A stretch of DNA of 64,000 nt from Pseudogymnoascus verrucosus (taxonomy: Eukaryota). Of this stretch, positions 27,747 through 41,573 are shown piece by piece. Each line of letters opens with the position of its first letter. Positions within the stretch are counted from its first letter, which is position 1. The position numbers and the translations under genes are program-made. A model generated the notes under the pieces. It had not been told where the DNA came from. It ran no database searches and was given only the letters and a program-made list of their open reading frames with translations. The stretch lies in NCBI GenBank assembly GCA_001662655.1, contig KV460231.1; one strand, given 5' to 3'.

Positions 27747-28092
27747 GGTGATTTATTGTGTAATTCAAGAAGCAAGGTAGTATAGCTGCTTCAGCTGTGT
27801 AAATAACAGGGGCACTCTGGTCGGTATCGATGGACCCATTGTAGATATATATACTGTTTTTGAGAACGGGGCCAACGTTTGTCACAGCCTCGCCGAGGGC
27901 GCTATTAAAATGCCAAGGATAATTTGGATCCATCAATTCGTATGCTGATTGGCCACAGTGTGTAGTAACTGGTAACCCTAAAGTCTATCGCAACTGGATG
28001 CGATTGGTCGTTCCGTTCAGGGATAGTCAGACGTCACATCAAATGGCTCAGCCTCGCAATATGGCAGCCCGGTACGCACCTGGTCACAACGA

Positions 28093-28803
28093 TTGAAGAA
28101 GTTTCACATCAGAGGCGTTTTCGATGAGACTCTCTTTTGGCCTCACGCTTTGGAGACAACATCCTCGCCTCCGGAATGGGTTGATTTGAAGATTTATTAT
28201 GTGCAGCTTGAGCGACACACTCCATCGGGATGGTGGTACTTCATGCCCAAAGGCAAGCCTAAGTTTGGCACACCTCCTCGCGATCCGGCGGAAGATCCAA
28301 ATGATCTACCACTTCCATTCACCGATGACCCGACAGGTGGCGCAGATCCCTTTGATAAGAGGGTTGAGGACGCCTGGGATTGTAAAAAGGACTATGCTAT
28401 GCCTGAGGAGGACTTTGTCACTCGCAATGTCCCTTATGAAGACAATATGCAGCCGCTTTTAGAGGGCTGGGCTAAGGCGCTGCTATGTATGCCTTCATTG
28501 CGGCAGGCGACGTTGGGTTTCTCAGTGGAGATCTTCGACAGCAGGTCTGCTGACGAAAATGATTTGTGCTTGGATGACTGGGAAGTCATCTACAAGGCGC
28601 CAGACAATCTCGGTTTGTCTCGTTGGGACAGTAATTTGGAACCCGAAGAGCGGCGAAATAGGCGTCTAACTTTTCACAATACTTATGGCTGGCGGCCAAA
28701 CAAAGATATCATGGATATGTTGCAACGTGTTAGAGAGGATAACTATCCGGGAACTAAATCGGTGGTATTGGATGTTGATTCTTGGGGCGATATTTTAAGA
28801 TAG
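28093..28803 (+). pseudogene. 5'-truncated hypothetical protein (C-terminal part of an F-box/LRR-like fungal family)
   Basis: 236 open codons ('LFWP', 'TPSGWWYF', 'AKALLCMPSLR') with no in-frame upstream ATG and little room before the divergent gene. Confidence 0.45.
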
Positions 28804-28994
28804 GCATGTTGATGGGAACAAGAAACGATCGGTTTACACGCGGGCGACTCGGTGACCGAATAAATATATATTTGTCGATGGATAACGACCTTTCGAGCCC
28901 CGGATTATAAATTGAAAACCCACAACCAAACGTAAGTTCTATATCAACGCTTCGCCTTGTACAAGAATACACCCTAGTTCCACGCTGAGCCCGT

Positions 28995-29454
28995 TTACAG
29001 CATAGCCATCACACCAGCAACGCCAGCAACGAGTCCAACACCGGGAATGGCAAGCATGCTGGCAGCACCCTTAGCATTAGAACCAGTGCATTCTTTGTTG
29101 TATTCATCTGTCGCTGACGCGGGGATGGTGACCTCTGGACAGTAGTTCTTGAAGCAGCTGCAAGGTGTTAGAGTTTGGGGAAGAGAGGAGGCGGTGTGAA
29201 GGCACTTACTCGAGCTCGGTCTTGAGGACGCCGCATGCGCATGAAGCATCAGTGCACTTGTCTAGGGCATTGGTAAGGGGCTGGATGCAAGTTGACAGCG
29301 AACTTTGGGGGGAGATATCAGCATATATGACCATGATTGGCCTTTAGGGAAGTACGAACGTAACGTCTTTGCAACTAGAGAGATCGTCGGTTTGTGGGCG
29401 GGCGCACGCGAAGCCAATGGCACCAGCCACGAGGAAGAAGAGACTCGAACGCAT
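28995..29454 (-). CDS. Small secreted Cys-rich, probably GPI-anchored protein
   Basis: Signal peptide MRSSLFFLVAGAIGFACA. Two introns. Eight Cys in the mature part and a hydrophobic C-terminal tail 'GAASMLAIPGVGLVAGVAGVMAML'. Confidence 0.8.
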
Positions 29455-30931
29455 CTTGATAGGGAGGTTTGATATGGTTTAGGTGGAAAATATAATAAAG
29501 CGTGAGGATGAGTAAGAGCAGAGAATGGCCAAGACAAGGCAAAACAGGGAGATAGTCAGGTTAAGTAGTATAGGTCTCCCCACAAAGTGGTTCTGCACAT
29601 CAAGGAGTCAGGGTGAGGCTACTGGAACTAATGCGGCACAGCAGGCAGTCAGATCAGCCCTGAAATCAAATAGCCCTGGCAGGGGCGTTAACCCCGTTAG
29701 TGCTCACGCTTAGGCTTCTCTGTAGGGAGTAATGGGGCCTATAATATGCCACAGCCGTGCTCATTGGCGAAAGTTAAATGCGTCGGGCCAGCCGGCGAGT
29801 GAGATAAGGTCAAATTTGAAAGGGGGAGCAAATACGAGCAGGGGTTGGTTGTCACAAAGGCCGGAATGCATTGCGCTAAAAACTCTAACTGGGCTTGATC
29901 TGCCTCGGATCCGTTCCTTCGCGTGTCTTCTGCTCTTTTACCCTTTTCGCTTGACTTGACGGCCCTCAGCCACTGTAGATCCAATAATCCTCCTGACATC
30001 TGACATGACAGCAAACAGATATTGTGCCCCTCAACGACGATGATTTTATTTATAGAATAACCCAGACTTTTACAGAACATATGACACTGACATGTATAAC
30101 AGCTGCCTGGGCTGGCAGATATTGTATTAGAACCGACGATACAGGCCCACCTAAGTACCAAGACAATGAATGGCAGGTGCTTATATTCCGTTTCGGCAGG
30201 CACCAAGGGTCCGAAATGTGCAATTTCCCGCTAGACTGCTACAGCCTAACCAGGGTTTCGTTAACCTCTTTCAACTCACCGAGTGAGCCCCATTAAGCCC
30301 CATATATTTTCCAACTTGTTCCAGGGAATTACCAACTCAGTTGGTTGGCTCCTTTTTCGCTGCTCGTATAGCTGATATACATGATTGGCTGGTACGGGGT
30401 TCCCACATCGTCCAAAGGTGGAAATCGATAAAAGAGATTTGACACCTCGCGTATATTTGCTACTTAGGACTCATGTTTGTGACGTGTCTAGCGACGGGAG
30501 GCATTTGATCAAAGGCTTGTTTATAGGTGGGTAGGCAATTACCGAAGGCGCTGGCGGTATAAAGCTGCGAGTGGCGCAAGGGGCGTCGCTAGAATGCTAA
30601 TGGCGCTGTCAGCCGGAGAGGGATGAGGCTGTGGAGCTGAAAGAGAGAAGGGGCTGAAAGGAGATCCAGTGATCACACCCAACTCATATTACTTATGGCC
30701 GTGGTGGAAATGGTGGGTTAGCTGAAATTCCACGACGGAAGTACCTTCTCTTTCTTGACGTGACGATCAACAGCTACCATCTGAGGCTGGGGGAGGCATG
30801 ACGTTAACACGTGCATGTGTGCACCAAGTGCAAGTTTATAGACACAAACAGTCAAATAAATCAACCACTGGATATAATACATATTATACATTTGGTCCAT
30901 GTCTAAGCAGGCCTCTTTCTATGCAGCTATA

Positions 30932-32013
30932 TCACTTTGTTATAGGCGCCTGGTGTGACGCCAGCTTCTCCCATTCAACCGCGAGAAGTCTTGCTTGCTT
31001 TCCTTCCTCAGACGATCCGTGTAATCTTGCGGTCCTCTCATACAAGGCAGCAACCTCAACAACTGCATCCCTGATCCTAGATGCAGCAGCTTTGAGCAAA
31101 TAGGTCTCTTTTAATGGGTCTTCGTCTGGCATCATGAAAGCCAGCTTATAATAACCTTCTGGGTTATCAAACTCAAGCGCTGCTTTCTTGAAGCTCATCC
31201 TCGCCTCCTCCTTCTTGCCATCTCGATACGAGAGATTTCCTTGCTGGACCAACGCGTTGCCAATCTCAGCATCGACGGAGCCGTCACGCGGAGTCTCTGC
31301 GACTTTCTGAAACATCTCGGCAGCTTCGGCGTGCTTCTTCTGGCGGTCCAGGATGCGGCCGTACATTACCATTGCCTCTGCATTTCCTTGATTGGCGTAG
31401 AATTTGAGCTTGGTCATGGGTATTAGCAGACCTGGGTGGTGAAGATTGTCCTGCAGCAAAGATCTGTTCATGACGGCGACGATGGAACTTAAATCGCCAA
31501 GCGTTGCGGCGCAGATCATCATATTTTCTCCCATCTTCCTTAGAGGGAGAGCAGGATTCTTATTCAGGATCCTGCTAACCATGGCCAAGGTAAGAGGATC
31601 TATTTTGTGTTCTGTGATGGTTAGATACGCCTCGATCACGGGACTGGCGGCTCACCTCTACAGAAACGGATCTCCCAGCCAGGTTCTGCCACCGCATTGC
31701 AATAAGAGCGTAAAAGCTCGATTGAATCCTCCGGTTCAATCTTTAAGGCGCCCGCCTTTTTGGCGAGTGTGAATTGAGCAATAGTAGCTTTTCGATCCCC
31801 GATTAGCGCCTCTATCCATCCTCGCCGTTGACTTTGGTGATCTGGTCGGCCTTGGGCGTTTAAAGATCTCGATTGCCGGCGAGTAGAGGGTGCTGCCTTT
31901 GGCACCTGAATTTTGCATGCATGAGTGCTCGAGAATGGTCGTATCGAGGGTTTAATACAGCGACTCAATGCGCCTCTGCTGTGCGCGCCGAGAAGAGCTA
32001 CCATCGACTGCAT
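30932..32013 (-). CDS. Mitochondrial TPR/Sel1-like repeat protein (possibly Mss2-like)
   Basis: R/S-rich presequence 'IRPFSST'. Intron GTGAGC...CTAAC..CAG (~31613-31656) joins the two ORFs. 'GNAEAMVMYG', 'NPEGYYKLA', 'YLLKAAAS' repeats. Confidence 0.7.
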
Positions 32014-32333
32014 TTTGAGTTGGCTGGAGCCAATGGGCCAAATGGCCCTTAAAATTGGCGCGGATAGTGTGTGGTGTTTGCAGAGGTCTTTCGCATGTAA
32101 GAGAAATCCGAAATAATTGATATAATATCAAGGGGCGTTCATACTCTTCGATTATGAAATACAGAATGCCTCAAGATGCGGTGGTTGCTCACGTGCAAAA
32201 TAAACTCGTGGTCCGTGCACGATACCAAATTCTCTACGGTAGCCAAGAACTTTATCGCGGGACTTTCTCAAAAAAAGTTGAAACGCCATCCTGCACCCTG
32301 CATGACGGCCCTCGCTCAAAACGAACTCTTCTA

Positions 32334-33653
32334 ATGTTCTCACGAATCCTCAGCTCGGCGCGCAATATCGTCCCCTTCAACAAGCACGACGAAGCGGCCA
32401 AGAACGAGAAGAAATCACCCGGCGGGCGATCTCTGACGAAGCAAACGACCGAGAAGAAATCCGGTACCCCAAAATCAACAATGGTTACGACGAGGCAGCA
32501 AAGCGGTGCGAGTGCGACGTTAATAAACCCCGATGACAGCAATGCCAATGTGCCGAACGAGTTACTATCTGAGAGCGCGAAGAAGCGTAGGCGCACTGAG
32601 TTGAGCAAGAAAGCGGCGACAGAGGAAGAGACACCCACGAAACGACGAAAGCTACCTGTGCGGAATAAGGACGAAAATTCTCCAGGCGTAGCACAGAGCC
32701 ACCTTGCCGTGGAAATACCACTCAAGGAGTTGTCCGAGGAACCTACTGCTACACCAACGGCAAAGTCAAAGAAGGCCACCCCGAAGTCAACACCAAAAGG
32801 AAAGCGGAATGCTAAGGCAGCGGATGCGGAGCCTGCAGAAGAGAGTGCCACTTCCACAGAACAGAAAGAGCTTGCGGAGAAGGATACCATTGCGACAGCC
32901 GTCGTCGACGCGCCCGTGGCAAAACCTAAGCATAAGAAGTTTGGCGACAACGACCCTGTCGAAGTTGTAGCAGCCCTAGAGCCAGAGCCAGAGAGGATAC
33001 AAGAGGACGAGGATGAGAGCTCGGATGACGATGCCCCAGAGGAAGTTGGCACTGAAGCTGCGCAAAGCAAAGCTCTAGGAGCTGCACGCGAAGCTGCGAA
33101 GGCGGCAGAACAGTAAGCTACCCTTCCCCCAACTACGTCAAACTATAGCTAATCTTGTCGTTTCAGAAAAGAGGCAGCTGAGCGCCAGAAGCGCAAAGAC
33201 CGCGATGCGCAGCTAAAAGCACAAGCTAAGGCCGCCAAGAAGCGGAAGCACGCGGAGGAGGAGCTGGATGAGTCTGCCACCATTGAAAACTCAAGCATAA
33301 CCGTCGAGCCGGTAGGACGGGCATCAAAGCCCAGGTTCGACCGCACAACTCTGCCAGATCTGCTTCCGGAAGATTTCCTAGAGGACGCCAGCTCGGAGGA
33401 TGAGGCTCCAGTGCAAGTTGAGAAGCCGCGAGTGTCGAAGAAGATCAAGTTCGCTTATGAGGAGAAGAAGCCGAAAGACAAGAAGTTGGGATCAACCACG
33501 TATCGCGTGGCGCAGGTGGAGAAGGCGGGGTTTGCACCGAAGGCATCTCGCAATACTTTGTCGGTGAAGGCGAGTCTTCAGGGGAGTCGCAAGGGGCAGG
33601 TTAGGAAGCCGGTTTCGAGTGGGTTTGTTGTAGCGAAAAGAGCAAGGGCTTGA
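32334..33653 (+). CDS. U3 snoRNA-associated protein (Utp16/Bud21-like)
   Basis: Highly charged protein with 'SSDDDAPEE' and 'LPDLLPEDFL' motifs and a basic C-terminus. One intron (~33113-33166). Divergent from the TPR gene. Confidence 0.7.
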
Positions 33654-34136
33654 TGATTGCTTTGGGGGTCGTACACGTCTTGAATATACCAATGAAGATA
33701 AATTCTATGGACCACTGAGGATTTCTGGAAACTATTCGGCATGTGACTCGAGTAGTAAGTCTCAGGGGGGGAATCATGGCAAGTTTGCGTTCCCTGGAAG
33801 GGGTATCAGGAATAATCATGATGAGAGGCCCAGGGGCAGGGGACGGGTAATGCGTACCAATGTTATGGAATAGCAGGGCAGGAAACCTTCGATGTAACCT
33901 ACGTCAAAGATGGCTAACGAAATGAAATTCTGACCGAGATACCATTTTCCAACGTCCCGTGTGTATTCTGTGCACAAGATGCCAGCACGCCTGTACTACG
34001 CCCCTTACTGTTCGGGTATGACACTCCTGTCTCCCAAAGTGTCCCTTCCCATCCGTTAAAACTCCGACATCCCCCCCTTTCTCATCGTCAAACCCGCCGT
34101 ATCCCCTCATCCCCAATTATCACCACTACTCCCAAA

Positions 34137-34887
34137 ATGATTACCGAAATCGCAACCTTCGAGCTTGCCTCCCCCGCCGACCTTTCAGACCCCTCATCAA
34201 CAACGAGATCAACCATCTGCGCCTTCCTAACCGCCGTCCTAGCTACCGATGGCGGCGCACGCGCAGCTTACTTCGGCCAATCAGCTGAGAATCCGGATAC
34301 GGTCATCTTGTTCATCGATTGGGACTCTACGGATGCACATCATCGGTTCCTAGCCTCTCCGTGAGTTCTCCCATTCTTATTCTTACCTCACACGTGCCCC
34401 CGAGCGGTTTACACAAAACTTAAAAAGAAACAGCACACACGACGACCTCGCCTCCCCCGTTTTAGCAATAATGAACCGCACCAGCCCGTCTCAAATCATC
34501 CACCTCCCACCCATCTCACACGCCCTCCTCGGCGAGCAGGCAGACATCAACGTCACAGAAGTGCTTTTCTACTATTTCCCTTCCTCCTTAACGGATGAGG
34601 ATATCGCCGCCATCGATGTGAGAATGGACGTTCTGCGGCCTTCGCTCGAGAGCTCGGAGGCGAAGGGGGTATTTGAGGGGTGGGCGGAGGAGGAGGATGT
34701 TGTGTTTCAAGGTTTGAGAGGGGAGGAGAGGTGTAAGGTGTGGGTTCATGTTGTCGGGTGGGAGGATATGGCGGCGCATGGGAGGATGGTGGGGGGTGAG
34801 AAGTTTGAGGATAGTAGGGAGATGGTTATGGGGATGCATGATTTGAAGGGGATGGTGATGTTGCATACGGCGTTGGTGAAAGTGTAG
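34137..34887 (+). CDS. Dimeric alpha/beta-barrel (ABM-like) protein
   Basis: 'ITEIATF...YFGQSAENPD...LFIDWDSTDAHHRF' duplicated as 'VTEVLFYYF...VGWEDMAAH'. One intron starting at 34361. Confidence 0.75.
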
Positions 34888-35657
34888 GTTGTGATTCATG
34901 GGGACTTCTGGGTTATGAAGAGATACTCGAGTAGATTCCTCGGCAGAGGAAACCAAAAGCCTATGAAGGAAAACTGATATTTAAATTTCAATGATATGGT
35001 GTGGTGAAATACTGTTTTGGTCATCAAACAACAATGTAAATGTTACATCGTAGTGAAATGCTGCTGGTTTTTTTGTGTCTAGGTGAATATTGTCCTTCAA
35101 TTCTATTTACACATGCGTTTATATAATATTATCACCCCTTTTTTTTTCTGGCAATATTTTAAATAAATTAGAGAATCATAAAGAACTCGACATTTGGCAC
35201 ACATTAAACTACCAAACAATATTTCACACAATTTTTTCATTGTATTTTAATATCTAATGACATGGGGGAGTCTGCTCACCTTACTGGTGAATATCTCACA
35301 CCTGCATTTCCGTACAACGCCCCTATCTGTCTCATCAAGACTTGATTGATATCATACCTTGGTCCCCCCTCGTGCTGCAAACCTTAAAAAACACACCTCC
35401 TACCTCAGATACTTTTCCTGCCTTAAACGCAATATCAGCCTCTCTCCGCCAAGCGTGAACATCCTCGTCGACCCTCCGTCATCTCCAAACACGTACACCA
35501 GCAAAACCGGCCTGCCCCCCAAACCTTCAAGCTCTCCTCCTCCTTTCTTTTCGTTCCTCTCCCATACTGACGACCCCACAGACTAGAACGACGTCAACAG
35601 GAAAATAAGGCAAGAGAGCACACAATAAAAAGCCCTCCGAGAATAAAGGCTAGGCCG

Positions 35658-36055
35658 AAAGAAATAAAGCACCTCTACCCAGCCAACAAATCACTGTTCT
35701 TGCTAGCCATAAGATGTTAAGTGTGTGATAGTGTCTATTCGTCGAGCCGGCACAGCTCTAACACCAAAAAAAAGGCAATAGAGCTCACAAAAAACAGCAG
35801 ACAGAATGAGGAAAGAAAAGCACCTACTGGACCTCCCAACCCCCATGTAGCCAACTCATCACTGTTCTCGCCAGACTCAAGATGCCAAGTGCGTGATAGT
35901 GTCTATCCGTCGAGGAGAAACAGCGCCAACCGATAAAAGAAGAGAAAGAAAAAGCTCATAAAAAAACCCCCCTGGCAAAAAAAAAAGGCAGACCGAAAAA
36001 AAGAAAGCACTTACAGCACCCACCTACCTCCACCGAGCCAACCCATCACTCCCCT
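35658..36055 (+). repeat. Degenerate direct repeat (two copies plus a partial third)
   Basis: 'aaagcacct...agccaac..atcactgttct..aagatg..aagtg.gtgatagtgtctat.cgtcgag' at ~35658-35745 and ~35810-35914, with a partial copy at ~36000. Confidence 0.75.
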
Positions 36056-39000
36056 TGCCAGGACCACAACTCGCTGTCCGCAACGAAATCTCATACCCAG
36101 CCACCCAGCCACCCAGCCACCCATCCACATATCCCCCCTTCCCACCCGACACTGCCGCTCACCTGCCGCCTTATACACACGCCTGCCGCCCTCAACCCGT
36201 CCCCATCCCGCCCCAACCCCGGCACTTCACCATGAGTGGCGTAGAACCAACCTCTAAAACACCAACCCCCCATACCCCCCAAACCCCAATCACACAAGCC
36301 ACCCCCTATGCACCCCCCCTCCCCCTCACTGCCGACAGCTCACACCCCCCACCCCCAATTCAGCCGCCACATCCGCACCCCCCTCATCACCCCGCTCGGA
36401 CACGCCATCCCATGACATGACGCCCGTCCGTGCGAGAGCCTGACGACTGACTCGCGGATCAGAACCCGCGGCCATCCATTGCTCGCTCTTTCTCTTTATT
36501 CGCCGCACCGCACAGCCACCTCCCTGACTACCATGCTGTAACTGCACCCCCTTCTCGACCCAGCGATGTGGCGGCGATGAGACATGGGCAGCGGGAATCA
36601 TGATGATTGAAGCGCACTAGGACGGGGACTAGGACGGGTATGACGGGCTCCTTTGTGGCGTCGAGGAGAGGAGGGAGTGTGAGCGTTGGCGTTGGCGTTG
36701 GCTGCCCAGGCGCGCGCACGGTGTGTTCAGGTCAGGTCAGGTCAGGGCAGTGCGGCGGTGGTGTTGAAGAAGCCGTTATGTGATGCCGAGCGGTGCTTGG
36801 CGGATGGCACTTCACTTCACCACACAGACACAGCTCCATAACAGGTTTTGGCCCCCAACTCCCATCCCGATAACGAGACCGAAGATCGCCGTCCTTGACA
36901 CCTAGGAGCGGGATACCGATCGACGCAGCCGCTGCATGTCTCGGACGAGGGAGGGAGTATGCCCGGTGAGTAATCCAACTGCATCAATCATCCCCCTCCG
37001 CTACTGTCAAGACCAACAAACCTCCCTCCCTCCCTCGCTCCCGTTCTTTCCAGAAGCGCTAGCCTGGCTCGGATCGACGTACCCGCCTCTCTGCCTGCTC
37101 CACCAGACCAGCTCCTGCATCCCACAGTACTCCCACAGTATAGGCAATATGCAATATGCACCTCGTCGCCCGTCGTCTCGCTCTCCCTTTCCATAGGCCC
37201 AATCCCTCACCGACCCCCCCCTTCCAAATCCAAAGTACACTCAACCGACTCTAATCTCCTCCCTCCCGTCATTCCAGAAGCTCCCCAATCCGGCACATGA
37301 TCGGCGCTCCCGCTTTGGCGCATATGCACGCTCGCTCTCTCGCGCGCGCGCCGGCGCACGCACGCACGCACACCACACGCCGTCCGAGCGACGCCCATCC
37401 GCATCGCGACGCGTGCAGCAGTGGAATCTTCAGCGGCGGCGTCGCTCGTGCCTGTTGTGGTAGGTGGTTGCGACGAGCTGGCGGACTAGAGGAGTGCGGT
37501 GGCTTGGTGCTGGTCCGGGCGCTCGGTCCTCGCGGGCTTGTACATGGCGTCGGTCGGTGGGCTCGTATCTGTCCGTCTAGTTGGCATGGCGCTGCGTGTG
37601 TGATTGTATTGGGTATGGAGATGGTGGGAACAGGTGGGGGTAGGTAGGGTGCATGAAGGCGATCAACGTTACTTGGTACAGTTCGGATGTAGCGCGCTGT
37701 CTGTCGTGGGACGAAAACACCGTCGCCACGCCGCCTTCACGACATACGGTAGCGCCATAGCACCACCGCACCGACGCCGCCACGCCATGCCATGCCATTT
37801 GGACACCGCGACGGGATGGAGTCGCACCCGCCTACCACACCACACCGCTGACAGCCACGCGAGCGCATGCTCGGCAGCGCAAACCCCATACGGCGTGAGG
37901 TGAGGTATCATTCCTCATCTCCCATCCTCCCGTACCGTCGCCGCCACCCCCACCGCACGACCGATGGATCCCACGACCTCGCGAGCGACCGAGCCCGCCT
38001 CCCCTCTCGCGCGCCGCAGAACAGCCGCGTGCTCCACCTCCAGACGGACGCGCCGCTCATCTCATTTCATCTCAGCTTTCCCACTTGCAAGATGAGAGCT
38101 GAGCGTGGGTCCCGCCCACTCCCCCATTCCCGTAACAAGGCAGGCAAATGAATGACAGTACGGGGCCTGGTCTAGCTGACTGACACCACCCACCTACCAG
38201 GCAAGGCGCGATGTAGTAGGACGCTATCCAGCGCCCTCGTAAGCGTAGATTAGCTCACCCTCCCACCTCGTGTCGGACGGCTGGCGGGCTGACTGGTGGT
38301 GGGTGGGTGTCCCGTAGCACGACAGCCGAGCCGGACAATCTCACACGCCTCCCACGCGTGGCAGCGGGGATTTAGGATTCTAGAAGGGAGATGAGGAAGG
38401 CGCGATCTTGTTCGGGTGCGGGGCAAGGGGAGGCGCTATTGTGTGGTAGCGCGGCGTAGTGTTAGACGGGGCGGATGATGGGATTTCTTGCCTCCTTACT
38501 GTGATGTCTGTGTGTTTGTGCGGTCTGTCTGTCTGCCCTGTTTGTTTTGTCCTGGCAGGCGGGCGACGTGGTGAGATGCGGTGTGATGATACACAGGGCG
38601 TGGTGATGGTGGTAGTGGTAGTACTGTGGTGGCAGGAGGATGGGTTGGCGCGAGGTGAGGTGAGGTGCCACGGGGAGGATTCGCATGGGCGTACTGTCGT
38701 GTTGTGTTGCGCTGCGTTGTGCGTCGTTCTTCCCTTCCTCTTCCCCATCCTCTCCCTCTTCATTCCGTATCCGCACCCAAACGTCGCACAATCACGTGTC
38801 ACCCACCCATCCATCCATCCATCCTGCCTCATCCCCTCGTACTCTTTTCCATATTCTCGTGTGCGGCGTAGATGGCATTCTCCCACCCACCAATTCTCGA
38901 CAGCGCCTGCCTCGCTGTCCCACTCTCACTTCCACTCAGGTTCCACCTTAGGCTGACCGGCCACGCTCGCTGCCAATGCCTCACCCGGTCCGTGCACACT

Positions 39001-41522
39001 CTCCACCCACGAATCTTCCTTGGTGCTTCTATGTTTTTTTGCCGCCCGCCCGCCCGTCCTTTCCGTCGCTCGGTGCCCATCTATCCGCTCAGGGGCGTTG
39101 GCGTTGGCACCACGCAGTGTGGAATGCGATGTGAGTGGGATTGATGATGGAGTGATGGATGGATGGAAAAGGAGGAGCGAGTACGAGCATAACGCGAGAG
39201 GAGAGTGAGTGAGATGGCGGCGGGAGTGGCTGTACTATCCTGTTTTCCTGCTGTAGGTGACAGCTCATTTTTATCAGCTCTCCTCCGCGCGCGTGGGGGA
39301 GCGGGTTGTGGTCCCCGATGGATGCGCTGTGATGGATGGGAGGATGTGATATTGAATGTCGTTCCTGGCGAGTGAGGGTGGACTAATGCGGCTGCGGCGA
39401 GGTGAGAGATTTTTGTTAGGTGGTGTGGGGGGGGAGATGTGAGAGCGTGAGTCGTGCGTGAGTGGAGATGGATGTAAGGAATGTGATGGGTTGTACAGGA
39501 TATGCTACATCATACATACATACGTGCATACATCATACATACGATACGATACAGTAGACAGGAGAGTGGGCGGCGAGACAGCGAGTGAGTGGGCGGCGGA
39601 TTCTGTGAAACGGCGGGAGGGAGGGAAGGGCCCGCGGATGGCAGAAGGAAGTATAGGGGGTATGAGATGCATAGGGGCTATGAGATGCATAGGGGCTATG
39701 ATGAGATCCATAGGAACCATCACATCCATCCAAGGCCATGATCCATCCACAGCCATGATCCCTCCACAGCAACCAACCATGACATGGCAACCACGCTGTT
39801 GCTTCCGTTATTTGAGCGACGATTAAATCCAGTAATTCCCGCGACTGCCACTCTGCAATGCACCTGCATGCACGGCGTCAGGGCCTCGTTGCGAGCACAG
39901 CACGGTGCATGGCACTGCATGGCGGATGCGTCCCTCTGCATGTCCGCCGTTCTCGTTCCTGTCCAGTCCACGGTTCCGCGAGTGTGTGGTATGCATATTG
40001 CTGCTGTGCCCATGCTGAGCCCATGCTGTTGTGTACCGTCTGTGCATACCGGTCCGTTGAGAGGACTGGTGTGAGGCGTAGAGGGAGGACACGGAGCGGA
40101 CTAGACTTACAAGGAATGCGTGCCTACAAGGGATGATGCCCACCTACAAGGAATGTATGTACGTATGTCACGCCCTCCAGGGCTCCCAAACGCTCACCTC
40201 TCACCTCTCACATTCCTCGACGTGGAGCCTTATGCGTGGTGTATTATGCATACACCTCCCCCGGGTCCAACAACCGGAAACAGGGCCAGCGACTAGAAAC
40301 AGGACCTGGTAAACGGCGTCCGCCCTCCGCCCTCCATGGGGCTGTACTCTAAAGGGGGCCCGGGAATAGCTGGCTGGATTGCTGACGGACTGGCTGTCAT
40401 GCCCGGGATCAGCAATCCCCCGACGCGGCTCAGCTCCGTGATCCCCGCGTGTTTCTTGTTATAGTCCTGTAGCGAGTATATGTATAGTACTCCGGGCGTG
40501 TTTCTTGTTCCTGTAGCGAGTATACGTATAGTACTACTTCGGTCAGTCAGTTTCCAATACTCCAATATAGTCGCAGCAGCGCACGAGACGAGGGGTTTAG
40601 GTTGAGCGTCACCCCCGGCGAATGATGGATTAGGTTAGTGGTCAGTGAGTGTAATACGACGGTGGGCGGAGGAGATGGTTGGACGCGCGGGATGGGAGCG
40701 CAGGCGATGCATGTCATATTCCAGACAGGCGCAGGGAGCGAGTAGGTGCCAGTGCGTGCGTGCGTGCGTGGTATTTGCGTGTATTCGCCGCCGCAGTGTC
40801 GTCGACTTCCTCGCCACTTGCCACCACTACAGACGGCGGCGGTGGTGGCGGTGATGCTGCGGTGGTGCGGTGTCCCTCGCCGCCGCCGCCAGCCAAGCTC
40901 TCACCGGCTGGCCATGTGGCAGACAACGTTATTTCAGCGACCGTCGATGGCGTTGACAGTGCACCGTCATAGGCTACCGTGGCAGCATCCCCTGGGCGTT
41001 GGCGCGGACGCCGGTGGTGAGGCTAGAGCTCGATAGCGCGTGCGTGTGGCGTGCGTGCGTGGGTGTAGGAATTTTATTCTGCAGCGCGTTTGGACTGGAT
41101 GGATGATGGGATGCGCTAGGGGGGTTTCTGTGTACTGTACTTTAGAAGAGCGTGGTAGCGTGGTGGGGAGGGACGAGGGAGGGAGAGGGTATTTTGGGCT
41201 GGCTGGCTGGCTGGCTGGGCTGAGAGTGAAATTGGAGTTTCCTGGTGTGTCGTTTGTGTGATTCCCCGTGCCTGGTGGGTGGAAATTGGTGGTGGAAATT
41301 GGGAATTGGGGTGTGTTTCGAGGATGGAGTGGTGGTGGTGTATGACTTGCTGCTTGCTGTATGACTTGCCGTAGTGTCCAAGTGCCCAGCGTGTAAGACT
41401 GGAGTATCACAGTGCTACAGTAAACAGAGACCCACGCCGATGGAACAGTGATGATGGACTCGATGGCTGCGGACCGCACAGAGCAGAGTGCTGGACAGTA
41501 CGCTGTAAAAAGTACAGCGTAC

Positions 41523-41573
41523 CCGGACACCAACCCGGACACCAACCCGGACACCAACCCGGACACCAGCCCG
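41523..41573 (+). repeat. 12-bp minisatellite (CCGGACACCAAC) x4
   Basis: Directly visible tandem copies. Confidence 0.9.

Noticed and set aside
31613..31656. Apparent frameshift in the TPR/Sel1-like gene
   Set aside because: Explained by a canonical short intron (GTGAGC...CTAAC...CAG).
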